Shown: positions 1-13,272 of the stretch, piece after piece
How the letters are laid out: each line of letters opens with the position of its first letter
Numbering within the stretch: position 1 is the stretch's first letter
Assembly: GCA_973895155.1 (NCBI GenBank)
Contig: OZ316895.1
Coordinates: 11,086,184 to 11,150,183 of the forward strand
DNA: 64,000 nt
Reading direction: 5' to 3'
Source of the DNA: Marsupella aquatica
Taxonomy: Eukaryota; Plantae; Marchantiophyta
Notes under the pieces: model-generated
The model's input: only the letters and a program-made list of their open reading frames with translations
Database searches by the model: none
What the model was told of the DNA's origin: nothing
Translations under genes and position numbers: made by a program

Positions 1-138
1 TTCTTGTTTGCAGTATTCTAGGTTTGCTTTTATGAATGCAGGCATATGCATTCTCGCCTTTGATGCCACAGGTTTTGATTGGATGACAATCTTTATCTTG
101 GTGTAATTCGTTTTTGTTTCCGTTTGGTTTTGTTTTAG

Positions 139-1457
139 GGACTTCGATGAACAGGGAATTATCAGGGACATTGTTCAGAGTCACATACTGCAAAGCATTG
201 CTCTCTTTGCGATGGAACCTCCAGTGAGCCTTGATGGGGAGGACATAAGAAATGAGAAGGTCGTAGTTCGTCTGTTACCTAGCTTTCCTGACTGACCTTT
301 CACAGGCTGTCTTCGTTTGTTGGGGCCTATTGGTATTTAATGCTGGAGATGCTGATCTACGGTGGAATGAAAGATTGAAGGTTCGCTCTTGTGTTTTTTG
401 CAGGTAAAGGTGCTCAGATCGATGCGGAGGCCAACATTTCAGCATGATGTGGCATTGGGCCAGTACAAAGCCAGCATTTCCAAAGATGGGAAGTCCAAAG
501 TTCGAGGTTACTTGGACGAGCCTGATGTGAATCCAAACAGCTTGACACCTACATTTGTGGCGACAATACTGTACATTGATAATGCCCGTTGGGATGGAGT
601 TCCTTTTCTAATCAAAGTAGGCAAGGGTCTAATCAAGCACGCGTGAGTTTTCTACCTAATCACGTGTATCAGGCCAGATTTATATTCTCCTGATTTCCGC
701 AAAAGAGGATCGTCTCCTGGAACATTGTCATCAGGGATACTTTAGCTTTGTTCTGAACAAAAGTATTTGTAATGTGATTCGTTCTTCGTTGAACTATCCG
801 GTTTCCCTTTACCATCATGAGAATGTACTAGTTTGCTTTGGACAGGGTGGAGATCCGTATTCAGTTCCATCATGTTCCTGGAAATCTTTATCGAGACCTG
901 CTGGGTTACAACCTGGAGGCCTCTACAAATGAGCTCATTCTCCGGGTACAACCTGATGAAGGTGTGTTCTTGAAGATCAACAATAAGGTACCAGGACTGG
1001 GTACACAGTTGGACACAACAGAACTGAATTTGCTGTTCAGTGAAATGTAAGTTTTTTCTCATCCTGCTCATCTGAGGTTCACTTTCTACATATGAAAGAA
1101 GTTTTCCAGTCGAGCTTTGTGTTTGATGTGTTTCCGTCCGTTCGCTCTGGATCCTTTGAAGGTGAATATAAATTTCTACAATTAAAAAAGCATAATGACA
1201 TCCTGATGTGCTGCAGGTATGGTGATTACGACATTCCAGACTCATATGAGCGCCTCATTTTGGATGTCATTAATGGTGTTAATCATTTGTTCATTCGTGG
1301 AGATGAGTTGGAAGAGACGTGGAAACTTCTGACTCCCTTGCTGAATGAGATGGAATCACTGAAAGTTGCTCCAGAGCTTTACACATTCGGAGGGAGGGGA
1401 CCTATCGGAGCTTATTATCTTGGTGCCACACATGGTGTGAGATGGGCTGATGAATAA
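139..1457 (+). CDS. G6PD: Glucose-6-phosphate 1-dehydrogenase, G6PD4/P0-like, 3' part; exons 139-259, 404-642, 846-1046, 1217-1457 (5' exons outside window)
   Basis: GT-AG introns join in frame to [46 protein letters not shown]...[16 protein letters not shown]...[12 protein letters not shown]...[12 protein letters not shown]...[15 protein letters not shown]...HGVRWADE*; [16 protein letters not shown] and the WADE tail resemble the G6PD4 class. Confidence 0.93.
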
Positions 1458-3693
1458 CCCACATCAACGGGGTTCACACAAAGAAATTCGTCGACAAGCA
1501 GATCCCGCAAGGGTGATCTATTACACCTTCAACGATTTTGGTTTTCCATATGCTGTTGGATGAGGTCTGGAATCGGAGTTCCATGCCGTGTAATTGAATT
1601 TGGTTGACTGTACATCAAAGACTTACCTTGGAAGTGGTGGTCGACTTTGGCAAACATAGGGTGTACACAGCTCTTCTGAGGTACAAAGTGCATATAGGGG
1701 GTCTTTGAATTGCTGATATCCTGTACTCTCTTGTAATTAGCTCAGAAACAGCCTTGATGACTTCCTACTTTCACACGCCTGTGTTTTCTCATGTCTAGAG
1801 TGTAACAGCATGTAACACATTAAATTGATTTTCGTTCGGGAGTTTTAGGGAACTAGATATGCTGATTAAGTTTTTGTGAAGAAATGACTACTTTTCCTTT
1901 GGTTAAACCCCAATTCTCGGATCTACCGCCGCATTGGTTGAACTTTAGTTCACAATTGTGATTGTGATAGGGGACGAGAATGTATGGTTGGAAGTGTGTT
2001 GTCAAAAACTACCCTAGTGCCATTTTGACTTTGAGCAATTATTCTAATTTTAAATATTACAAGAGAATATTACAAGAGTATAGATCTGTCGCCTCATAGC
2101 CCTCATTCTCTTAATCAAGAGTCAAGATCAAGAGTCAAGATCTGTCGCCTCATAGCCCTCATTGAAAAACGATCAGGGCAGGAAAGAGACATTAAGAAAT
2201 CGAGAGAGAAGCAAGGAGATCGAAAGAGACATAAAGGGAGAACTTAGAAACTCCCGAAAGCAGCAAGAAGAAAAATCAAAATTCATAAGGACAACACGAA
2301 AACGGCAACAGAGAATTGATAAGAAGCAATCCTGAGAAACGAAACTGGCATAAGACGTAAAGGCTCAGTCAAGAACCATTAGAGATTCAAGAGAATGAGG
2401 AATTGAGGAGATTGTGGACAGAATTCAGAAGGGCAGACTCGAAGAGGACTCGATTTTCGAAAAGAAGAGTTCCGAAGAGCAAAACGATTGAAGCAGGAAG
2501 AGCAGGAAGGAGATACAGCACAACGAGAGCATTTGCACTACGAAAGTGAAGAATAACGCAGCAGCAGCCAAACGACTAGAAGATCAGACGAGAGGCGATA
2601 AGGACCATGGCTTACTAAAACCTCAGAAGGAAGAAACTATCGAATCGAAGAGAATAGGAAGCCAGAAAGGACCCAGGCGAAAGGGAAGCAGCCTCATACT
2701 TGACAGCAGTCGAGCAAGGAAGAAAGAATTGAGAAGGAGTCCGCGAATGAGAGAGCCGGCCAAGAATTGAAAGAAGGCAATTAAAGTGAAGAATAGAAGG
2801 AAACTCGAAAAGAAGCAAAGAAAGGCAAAGACAGGAAGGAGAAGACAGAATCGAGCAACGCAGCGAGAAGGCGTGAATTAGAAAGAGGCGAAGAGCGAAA
2901 GCAAAGGCTGCGAGTAGGACTCAAAGGAGAACAAATTTGATAAAAAAACGAGTGAATCTGAGAATCGATAAGAACAACACTCACACTCGATCGAGAAAGG
3001 ATAATACAAGGCGAAACCATAAGTGAGAGAGCAGAATCGAAGAGGCACAGATTCAGAAGGCGAAAAGAAGAAGAAACAAAAACCCCATAAGGAATAAACG
3101 GAGAGGAGAAACAGCCCAAAACTGACGAGAACCCTGAAGAAGGATGAGGCGAGAACGAGATTGACCGAGAGAAGCGAGAACGTGAGGAACCAAGGAGGCA
3201 AAAACGCAACAAAGGGAACCAAAATATCAAAGAAAAATGAGACTTAACCCGCTAAGTGCAACCCTCCTTAACCACAAAACCCGTCAAAGCAATTTTCTCA
3301 TACAAAAGAAATTATGCACTAAACCAGGGAAGCGCAGATAATCGCAAACCATTCACAACTGCAAACCAAAAACAAAGAGAATTTCATTTACAAGAGAACC
3401 TAGTGCAGTTAACCACATACACAAGGAAAACCAAACTTAAGTGCAAACCCTAAAGCGCACACCACCCTTTAAGCTTAACCTGCATGCGAAATTAAACCTA
3501 AAATGCATTTAGGGTTAACAAAAAAGAACCTTATATTAATAAGGCAAAACCCTAAAAAGCAAAAAAACGAAAAAGAAAAATCAATTTTTTTGATTTTCCA
3601 AAAGCGCATAGAACCCAAAACTACACAAAACTCATCAGGCACTAAGAACCAACCTATCTTATAACCCTTGCATACGCTATAACCAATACGATA

Positions 3694-3753
3694 CCTAAAC
3701 CTAACCCTAACCCTAACCCTAAACCTAAAACCCAAGACCAAACCCTAAAACCC
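3694..3753 (+). repeat. Telomere-like (A)AACCCT / telo-box repeats just upstream of the Bianca gag ATG
   Basis: cctaaacctaaccctaaccctaaccctaaacctaaaaccc...aaaccctaaaaccc. Confidence 0.7.
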
Positions 3754-4493
3754 AAAGAAATGGCATCCATAGAGAAGTTGAACTTTCTCCCCCTTGACCA
3801 TCGAAGGGGAGAACTACCTCTCTTGGACACTAGACGTTAAAGCTAACCTAATAGCTAAAGACATATACGAAACAATCATAACCGATCAGGGCACAACAAC
3901 CCAACAGAAGGCGAGAGTCTTGGTGTTCATAAGACACCACCTCGTAGAACCATTAAAGCTGCAATACCTTAACGAGGAAAATCCCAAGAACCTTTGGGAT
4001 CAACTCAAGGAAAGATACGATCACACTAAGACCATACACTTGCCTAGAGCCCGCCACGACTGGGCTAACCTCCGTGTCCAAGACCATACGTCTATAGTTA
4101 ACTATAATAGTGAGCTATTCTGCATCACATCCCAGTTGGCCCTGTGCGGCCAACCAATCATCAACGAAGAAATAGAAAAGATACTATCAACCTTCCACTC
4201 AGGCAACATCATACTCTCGGCATAATATAGAAATATTTTGAACTTATAGCTCACATGTTACTAGCCGAGAGGCATCAAGAGTTACTATTCAAGAACTCGA
4301 AGATGCGACCTCGGGAACCCTGCCATCACCCCCAACCACCGAGACAAACTTTGGTCAACCTTCCAGCATCAGAGGAGGCCAACTGGGCAGCTTCAACTGC
4401 AACGGTAGAGGACGATCGGCCTTCAGAGGAGGAAGATGTTGAGCATAGACGACATTCGTAACGGCAAGCCCATGAACCATCCAACGCACAAGA

Positions 4494-4782
4494 GTCGACA
4501 CAGAGAGATACGTGGTTCACCTCCACATGAGGCTACGTCCACGGGAACACACAAGAGCTTTACTACACTCTAGGCCGACCGGCCATACCAAGCATCCACA
4601 GCACAAGCTCTCCCTATCTCTCAACTAGCTCCGTAACAATGAGCCTAAGTTCCACCAGGGTCTAGCATCAGCCCTCGCTATATACACAACAACACTACCG
4701 CTAACATTAGCTAAGTCCTAACCCGAGTTAGACTAACTATGGTTAGCTCATGAGACACACAAGACTAGAGCAATATCTAACA
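4494..4782 (-). repeat. 3' LTR of Tork-like Copia
   Basis: Direct repeat of 9804-10089; adjacent PPT. Confidence 0.92.
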
Positions 4783-4978
4783 AACTCCCCCTTGACTCTT
4801 GTCTTGGGGACTGAACTAAATGTTACCATATGGAATCCTCAGCGGGAAGTTCTAGACAATCACCAAACCAGGTCTCCCCCTAAAAACCACAAGGGTTAAC
4901 TAGAACTAAGCCGTAGCCAAACAAGAATGAGTAATCCACATACAAATAGTCACACATTGCTAAATAACTTTACTTGCA

Positions 4979-7900
4979 CTACAACTGCAAAACCTGCAAA
5001 GTAGCACGGTGTCTTGAGAAACTCTCCAAAGGAATCACTTTGGTAAAGGCATCGGCGGGATTGAGCTTTCCATCAATCTTGACTAGCTCAAAAGTTTTAT
5101 CAGACACTGCTTGCCTGATAAAATATTACCTGATATCAATGTGCTTCACCCTACTATCCATCACCTGGTTAGCAGCCAAGTAAAGAGCACTCTGACTATC
5201 ACAGTTTAGAGACATTTTGCCATGCTCTAAACCCATCTCCGCGATCAACTTATCCAACCAAATTGCTTCCTTTGCTGCTTCTGCTACTGCAACATACTCT
5301 GCTTCTGTAGTAGACTGAGATATGCACTTCTGCAAGGTAGATTTCCAACTGATACATCCTCCTCCAAGAGTGTATACAAACCCAGTTGTAGACCTCCTTG
5401 TATCCAGACAGCCTCCATAGTCAGAATCTACATAGCCAACTAACGTTCTATCTGATCTGTTATCAAATAGAAATCCATAGTCCTGTGTTCCTCTCACATA
5501 CCTGAGAATCCATTTCACAGCTTCCCAATGTATCTTCCCTGGATTTGACATGAATTTGCTGACCTTGCCCATCGCTAGGGCCAAGTCAGGCCTAGTACAA
5601 GTCATCAAATACATCAGACTGCCTACTGCCTTCTCATAAGGAATCTTAGCCATCAGACCTTTCTCCACAGCATCCGTAGGAGAGAAGGCCGATGATAACT
5701 TGAATGCAAAGCTAAAGGAATACTCATTGGCTTACAGTTTTCCATGTTGAATCGTGCAAGTACTTTCCTCGCATACTGGCCCTGACTCAAGCACAACTGT
5801 CCAGTATCAGAGTTCCTAAAAATCTCCATCCCTAAGGTCCCCTTGGCCTTACCAAGATCCTTCATCCTGAATTCTGCACTCAATTTCGCCTTGAGACTGT
5901 CAACCTCAGATTGATCTTTAGCCACAATCAACATGTCATCCAATCACATAGATCACCAGAATGATGAAACCAAATACATCATTCTTGACTGATTTCGTAT
6001 ACAAACAAGGATCATACACCATCCTTGTAAAACCTTGAGCAAACATGAAATCATCAAACCGCTTGTTCCACTGTCTGGGAGACCGCTTCAATCCATACAA
6101 GGACTTGAGCAATCTGCAAACTAAGTTCTCTTGGCCCTTCTTCATAAAAACTAGTGGCTGTCTCATGAAGATCAACTCTTCCAAGTTGCCATAGAAAAAA
6201 GCAGTAACAACATCCATCTGATCCATCACCAGACCAAAAAACACAACAAGCTGACACAAGATCCGAATTGTGGAATACTTAGCCACCGGTGAAAAGACCT
6301 CATTGTAATCCACTCCTTTCTCCTGAGTGAATCCCTTGGCAACAAGCCTTGCCTTGTAGATCTTGTCTCCACCCTCTGAAGGACTGTCGTTCAACTTGTA
6401 AATCCACTTGTTGTCCACCACTTGCTGACCTCTTGGAAGCTCCACCAGCTTTCATGTCTTGTTGTCACTCAAAGATTGCAACTCCCTCTGCATTGCTGCA
6501 TTCCACTCATGCTTCTGCTCTGAAGCACAAGCCTCGCTGTACGAAGAAGGCTCTCCTTCTTCCAAGATCAAAGCCATGTCATCATCATCAGGTGCAATGT
6601 CAATATCATCTAGCTTAGATGAGTCTGCCCATTGACCATACCTGGTAGGAGCTCTAGTAGAACGACTGGAAGTTCTTCTAGTAGATGACTCAGGCTGATC
6701 TGCTACTGCTGCTGGCTGAATTTGAGGTACCCCAGCAACAATCTGCTCCTCTTGTTCCATCACAGGAACCAGCTCCAAGCTCAGAGCTTCTCCATCTCTC
6801 CTGTCATGAACAACATCATGACTAATCTCCCCCTCAACCCGGTCTGGGATGGGAGATTTCTCCTTGTTAGTATGGGAGTCCTGAGAACTCTCCCCCTCCT
6901 TTGATGATCTGGATTCATTAAAGGACACATCTCTACTGACAATTAGCTTACAAGTTACTGGATCTCATAACCTATAACCCTTTACACCTTTCTGATAGCC
7001 AAGGAAAATGCACTTCTTTGACTTGGACTCCAGCTTGAAGCTGGGAAGGTGTAAGCATATAAGCATCACATCCAAAAATCCTTAGATGTGAGTAATCTGC
7101 TGGACGCCCGTACCTCATTTCAAATGGCGTCTTGAATCCAAGAGAACTCGATGGAGAAAAATTTACCAAATAAGTTGCAGTGTTGACAGCTTCAGCCCAA
7201 AACTCATGTGGTAAGCATGATTGACTCAACATACTCCTCGAGCGGTCCAATAGTGTTCGGTTGAGTCTCTCAGAAATACCATTTTGTTGAGGAGTATAAC
7301 TTGTTGTGAGATGGCAGGTAATCCCCTACTCCTTACAATATGTTCCAAATTCACCAGAACTGTATTCACCGCCGTTATCCGATCGAAGATATCTCACCTT
7401 ATTACCAGTCTGATTCTCAACTTGGGCTTTCCACTCCTTAAAAGTGGCAAAAATATCAGACTTACTGTGTAGAAAGTATATCCACACATACCTTGAGTAA
7501 TCGTCAATGAACGTGACATAATATAACCGTCCAGAATGTGAGGGAGTAGGGGCTGGACCCCACACATCACTATGTACATACTCAAGTACCTCCTTGCTGG
7601 TGTGAGTTCCAACTCCGAAGGGTTTCCTATGCTGCTTCCCTAGCACACAGTGCTCACAAAATTCCAACTTACAAGATAGCAAATTAGAAAGTAATCCTTT
7701 CTTCTGAAGAATAGCCAAACCTTTTTCACTCATGTGGCCCAAACGAAAGTGCCACAGCTAGGCCGTCTCCTCATGAGATAAGGTTACATTGGCTTCATCA
7801 CAAACTACACTGCCCTCCAAAATGTATAGATTGCTATGTCTATTTCCTTTCAATACAATTTTAGTACCAGTTGAAACCTGAAGGACACCATTAGCAGAAC

Positions 7901-9248
7901 TCCACTGATGACCATTTGCTTCTAAAACTCCAAGTGAAATGAGATTTTTCATCATGCTGGGAATATGTCTCAATTCCTCAACGTTCTCACAGCACCATCA
8001 AACATCTGAAATCTTACAGATCCAAGTCCAACAACTTGACATGGGATTTCATTTCCCATCAACACTGACCCGTTGGAAACCATGTAAGAACTGAAAAAAT
8101 CTCTCCTAGAGCAAATGTGAAAAGTATATGCACTATCTAGAATCCAATCATCACTACCTGGATTTGACATTACATTGAGAGCATAACCTTGACATCACAA
8201 TATGTCATCATCATCGAGTAAATCTACCTCATGCGAGCTCGATGTCGCATTAGCAGATGCAGTAGGAACCTTTACTCGACAATCCCTTTTCATGTGGTCA
8301 GGCTTGCCACAATTCCAACATGCAAGAGGCTTCCTCTCTTGCGATTTTCCTCTGGATTTAGATCTCCCCCGTGATGTAGATCTAAACCTGTTCTGTCCAT
8401 TCGTGCGCTGCACTGCTCTTCCCCTTTTCACATTGAGCCAGTGCCAGAAGAAGATGTTGTCTATGATTGACCCAACTTCTTTTGAACATCATCAGACAGT
8501 AAAGAGCTCACCACCTCATTATACGAAATGGACTTCAGATCTATGTACAAGAGCACCTATTTCAAGCCCTGATAATACGGCGGTAAGGAGCTTAGCAGAA
8601 GCAAGGCCTTATCCTCATCTTCAACTCCTTTTCCCAGGTTTGACAGATCCACTGCTAGACTGTCAAACTCATCCAGGTGATCCTGCATCTTGCTCCCTTC
8701 CTTGAGCCTGAGGCTCATCAAGAGAGACTTCTTGTACAGTCGGTCTGACGCATCTTCCAGGTAGTACTTCTCTCTTAGAGCCTTGAACAGTGACGCGCAA
8801 TCCGCATAATCATCCAGCTACTTCATGATGTGCGGCTTGAGATATAGCATCACTGCGTTGACAGCAATCACCTGCTCCTGTTTCCATTGTCTCACAAAAA
8901 TCTCCTCCTCTCCATCATACTACTCTCGTGAAGAGAGCAGATGAGCTAAGCCCATGGCCCGTAGAACACCCTTCACTTGCTTCTCCCACGGCAAGTAATC
9001 AGTACGACCATCATACTTCTCCACCTCAAACTTCACTCCTCCAAATCTAGCCATCTCCCTCTTCTTCCCAACTACCAAAACTCTGATAGTAAGACAACTT
9101 CCTCCACTGCACGCCGCACCGGTGATGGTACCGGTGTAACTAGTTCCTCCTCAAACGGTAGCAGCTCCTCCTCAGACTCTCCGTTTGACCGTCGCGATCC
9201 AGAAGCTCCACCGACGCCAATTCTTCCAGTATCCTCCGAGTCACTCAT
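4979..9248 (-). pseudogene. Copia gag-pol polyprotein (Gag, PR, INT, RT, RH) with several stops and frameshifts
   Basis: [84 protein letters not shown]. Confidence 0.92.
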
Positions 9249-9803
9249 ATGAAACAATCACAAAAAAATGTTTTTTTTCAAAACTTCTCATAAAACTCAA
9301 AAATCAACACCGCCACGTAGCCCATGAAGCTAGGAGTCCAATACTGAAAGCCAAAATCAAAATCAAAATTCGATGGAAAAGTTATTCAAATTTTGGTCGG
9401 GGTGGGTAAAACCTTGGGAAACTCCCCCGTTTTGACCACCTCAGAGAATAACCAAAATATCCAGTACAACCCGTTGTTGGAATTGCAATGTGATCGGTGC
9501 GCTGCATTGCTACTTCCAGTGGCAACATCCTCGCCGAAAAATAACCAAAAAAGTTATTGTTCGGCGGACGGAATCTTTGTCGGACGGCCAAAAAATAGCT
9601 CTCTGTTTTTTGGAAATATTCCTGCACAGTCCGACAGGTCTCACAGGGGGCCATTCCCCCTGTCGGAGCGATTAAAACGGAGGGCGGCAGGTCCCGACGC
9701 AAGAGGAAACAAAGGGGAGGAAAAACTGCAATAAAAAGTGCCCTAAAGGGGGTGCAAAGCCCTTTAAATAAAAAATACTTGTATAAAAAGGCGCATCCAC
9801 ATC

Positions 9804-10089
9804 GTCGATACAGAGAGATACGTGTTCACCTCCACATGAGGCTACGTTCACGGGAACACACAAGAGTTTTACTGCACTCTAGGCCGACCGGCCATACCAA
9901 GCATCCACAGCACAAGCTCTCCCTATCTCTCAACTAGCTCCGTAACAATGAGCCTAAGTTCCACCAGGGTCTGGCATCAGCCCTGGCTATATACACAACA
10001 ACACTACCGCTAACATTAGCTAAGTCCTAACCTGAGTTAGACTAACTGTGGTTAGCTCATGAGTCACAAGACTAGAGCAATATCTAACA
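9804..10089 (-). repeat. 5' LTR of Tork-like Copia
   Basis: Direct repeat of 4494-4782; begins TGTTAG on the minus strand. Confidence 0.92.
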
Positions 10090-10720
10090 GAAGATAGTTC
10101 GGAGGCGAAAGATCCAACTACCTCAGGGGGAGAGGCAGAGGCTGCAAAGTTGGAGGAAGCCGCGGACGAGGAAGATCAAGCTTCACCTACACCCGTGGAG
10201 GAACGGGAAGACCAGGAAGACCAGCCCAACAGGGCAATCCATCCCGACAATACTCAGGAAGACCCGCCGTGGAGTGCTTCTGATGCGGCACCAAGGGCCA
10301 CCCACATAAATTGTGCCGCATTGTGACGCCGCCGGTACGGCAGTTAATGAGTGATTCGGTCTTGTGACGCCGCCGGTACGGCGGTTAATGAGTGATTCAG
10401 TCTAACTGCGCTCGGCACGCGTGTTAGGTGGGTCTTAGGCCGCTATTATTAGCATAACGACAGTATTTAGGTAATCATTAGGGGTAGGACATCATTAGGC
10501 AATAAGGGGGACTTCAGGTTCGGGCTGGCGGCGGGTCGCTATTCGCACACCCGGGTTACGAGCGTGGGAGGGCCCCTCCCTCGGGTCCGTATAACAAACT
10601 TAAGGAAGCGGCCACTAACGCACGCTGACTCGGACCGGCGGAGTGGCCGGTACACCACAAGCGTGAGCGGTTCAGCCTATGGGCGTCGAGGAGACGTCGG
10701 GGATCGACAAGCCCTCAAAG

Positions 10721-10727
10721 TATAAAA
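10721..10727 (+). promoter_or_regulatory. TATA box ~108 bp upstream of the A1 LTR gene (equivalent in A2 at 25749-25755)
   Basis: TATAAAA conserved in both copies in a GC-rich context, upstream of ATG 10829 / 25857. Confidence 0.55.
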
Positions 10728-11090
10728 GGGGAGCCAACCCTTTGTAGTGCACCAGTCCATCAGTCCGCGCGCCAGCTTCGACCCCAGCTCTCTCGTTCTC
10801 TCTAGGTCGCCACTACTATCTCCTCTGAATGTCGCACACGATCCTCTCCAGCTTGGCCATTCGATTCTGGACGCAGTTCCTATCTACCGGAAGGCACTTG
10901 GCCGATTCATTGAAACACGCCAACCCGCGCCGATACAAAATCGAACGCGAATACGAGAGAGCCATCCGCCTAGCAGGACGACACCACTACATCCTTAACT
11001 TTGACTACCTGTCTCAGAGCGAGCTTTACCGACCAGCAGAGGTATCTGGGTACTTCTTCAACGGGGACAAATATATCGGGTTCTGGGAAG

Positions 11091-11388
11091 CTCAGGGGTC
11101 TCACTATACGGATGCCTCCCTATCACCTGCGACGTTTTTAGGCCTCGGACCCCCTAAAATGTAAGAAATTTTTTTATTTTTTCAACCCCTATAAAGTTGG
11201 AATATTCTTGGAATATTCCAAAATTTTGGTTATAAGGACCCTAAGTCTTCTTATAAGTCTCAAAATTGGATTTAAAAGACCCTATTGTTCTTCTCAGAAA
11301 ATTCTTAAGTCTTCCCTTTGAACCAATAAAATGACCCTATACTTCGTCGCACGTGATATGCCATTTTTGTGGAAGTGAAACCCCCGAG
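11091..11388. mobile_element. 298-bp MITE with 15-bp imperfect TIRs and 8-bp TSD
   Basis: TSD CTGGGAAG (11083-11090, 11389-11396); TIR CTCAGGGGTCTCACT / CTCGGGGGTTTCACT; absent from the homologous site in A2 (~26111). Confidence 0.93.
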
Positions 11389-13080
11389 CTGGGAAGCATT
11401 GCTTCGGCTTCCGGACGAGGTCTTCAACATCCCGAGTACAATCGACCTGCAGCGACATCACTTCGACCACATCCCTGCCCAGGTTCGGGCTGTCATTAAC
11501 GGCGAGTCCAGTACCAACCGTTCGACAAGGGCGTCCGCACTCGCTTTGGAGAACTTCTACCAGCACCTGTAGAGCTTCATAGGAACTCGGCCATCGACCA
11601 ACATGACCAACTCAGCCGTGCTCGTACCCGTACCCGTGCCCATGCAACCCCAGCCTCAACCTCAGGCTCAGCTTCAGCTTCAGCCTCAGCCGCAGCCTAG
11701 CCAAACCCCACCACCTATCACCCAGCCAGCACAGGTACGCTCCGTCATCAACGCTGTGGATCTTAGCGATGACGACGAGGCTACCCCACCCTTGACCAGG
11801 CGGCCCAGAGGAACAAGCGCTCGGGGGGCCGATACTATATCGTCCCCACCCCCTGCTCCGACCCCAAGAGCGGCCCTAGCAGACAACCTGGTGACCGTGG
11901 CCGCCCCGGGCCCGTTACCAACGACAGTGGCACTCCCCAGGCCCGATCGGGAGGATGGGGAAGTATCACCTTCCCCGAGTCAGTCACGGGGAAAGAAGAG
12001 GAAGGAATCCGCCACTGCATCCGGGTTACCATTGGCCACGGTAGCCGTAGCCAAGGTGACGATGCACCGCATGGGGAAAAACGTTCACAGCAACATCCTC
12101 CATCCCAAGCATGCGGTGTACCTGAAGACTCAGGGATTTGAGCACCTCGCCTCTCTCCCCTGGAACACTTGCAGGTACTACGGGGAGGACATGACAGAAT
12201 TCGTCAAGAATTATGACGACGTACGTCAACAGACTCGGCTGCGGGGAAGGAATATGTCCCTCACAGAAGAACGGCTCAAGATGATCTTCGGGTTACCCGA
12301 AGGTGACCATCGAGTCGAATCACGGGCTCCCGGGGGCAAGGGGGCCAAGTACCAATCTTCAAGTTTTCCCTCAGAGGGAGCAGTAGACAACGGGTTCGTG
12401 ATGAGGACCTGCCTCATGCCCGAGATAGCTGAGCGGCTGGAGTTCCAAAGGTACGCTCTCCACATGATGGAACCCCGGGGGAGATCTCCGCCGCCCAGGT
12501 TATCCAGGTCGAGAACTATCGACCTAGGAAATGGGCGTCGTACTTCGCTAAGAAATTCCATGAAGAGATGGAGCGGCGAAGGAAGACGCTGTACATTGGC
12601 GGGAAGGCGTATTTTGCTAGCCACATCGAAATCATTCTTGAGTGGTACACCGGTTTGATCGACGAACCCTTCCCCGCATCAACGTTACAAAGCTGGTCCC
12701 CCTGGGCCCCCAACGTTATTAATAATGGACCGGACGTGCGAACGGCCGAAGGGTACATTTAAATCAATTCCAGATTAATTTTTATAATCGACTTATAACC
12801 AACAAGACCATATTTTATATGACAATCTCTTTATAACTATTCCAAGGCATCCAAAATGCCGGCCAAAATAATTTGCTTGAAGGGGGCCAGTAATATGGCA
12901 TGACACACGTCATGATGAGATTGGTCCACATGGCACGCCCTGAGTGGAGTTTAGTGTAACAAATACTTGTGGTGAATAGGATGAGTTATGAAAGTATTTG
13001 GAGTTTTGAGGGTTTAGGGTGAAAGGTTTTTGGGGGTACATTTCTAGGGGGTTTTGGGTGTTTGCAGGGCAAAAGTTTAG

Positions 13081-13272
13081 GGGGAGTACTCAATCCCAAG
13101 GGAATGAGCCCTGGAATGAGTCAAAGGTCCGGGGCAGGGGGAGTAAACAATCCCCAAGGGAATGAGTCGAAGGCCCGGGGCAGGGGCCGGGAATACTCAA
13201 TCCCCAAGGGAACGAGTCGAAGGCCCGGGGTCAAAGTGAGTCCAAGGGAGTGTCAAAGTCGGGGTCGAAGGG
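13081..13272 (+). repeat. Imperfect ~50-bp subterminal tandem repeats (3-4 copies) in the DNA transposon
   Basis: Recurring caatccccaagggaatgagtcgaaggcccgggg-like unit. Confidence 0.75.

Larger units (their letters stand above)
4494..10089 (-). mobile_element. Full-length but defective Ty1/Copia retrotransposon (Tnt1/Tork-like) inserted in the Bianca gag
   Basis: Two ~288-bp LTRs differing by about 9 substitutions and 2 indels; flanks CAAGA/GAAGA (imperfect TSD); PPT AAGGGGGAG next to the LTR at 4782; minus-strand gag-pol. Confidence 0.93.
3760..10321 (+). pseudogene. Bianca-like gag (3760-4493 plus 10095-10321), with frameshifts and stops, split by the Tork-like Copia
   Basis: ATG 3760 MASIEKLNFL then frameshift into TIEGENYLSWTLDVKANL; RG-rich segment and CCHC knuckle at 10095-10321. 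Confidence 0.85.

Noticed and set aside
2546-3741. Lys/Arg/Glu-rich and Phe/Ser/Leu-rich ORFs
   Set aside because: Compositional artefacts of the purine-skewed leader; no domain motifs
3694-3753. Interstitial telomere or chromosome fusion scar
   Set aside because: Short and degenerate; similar telo-box runs occur in other TE leaders here (~32740, ~40270)
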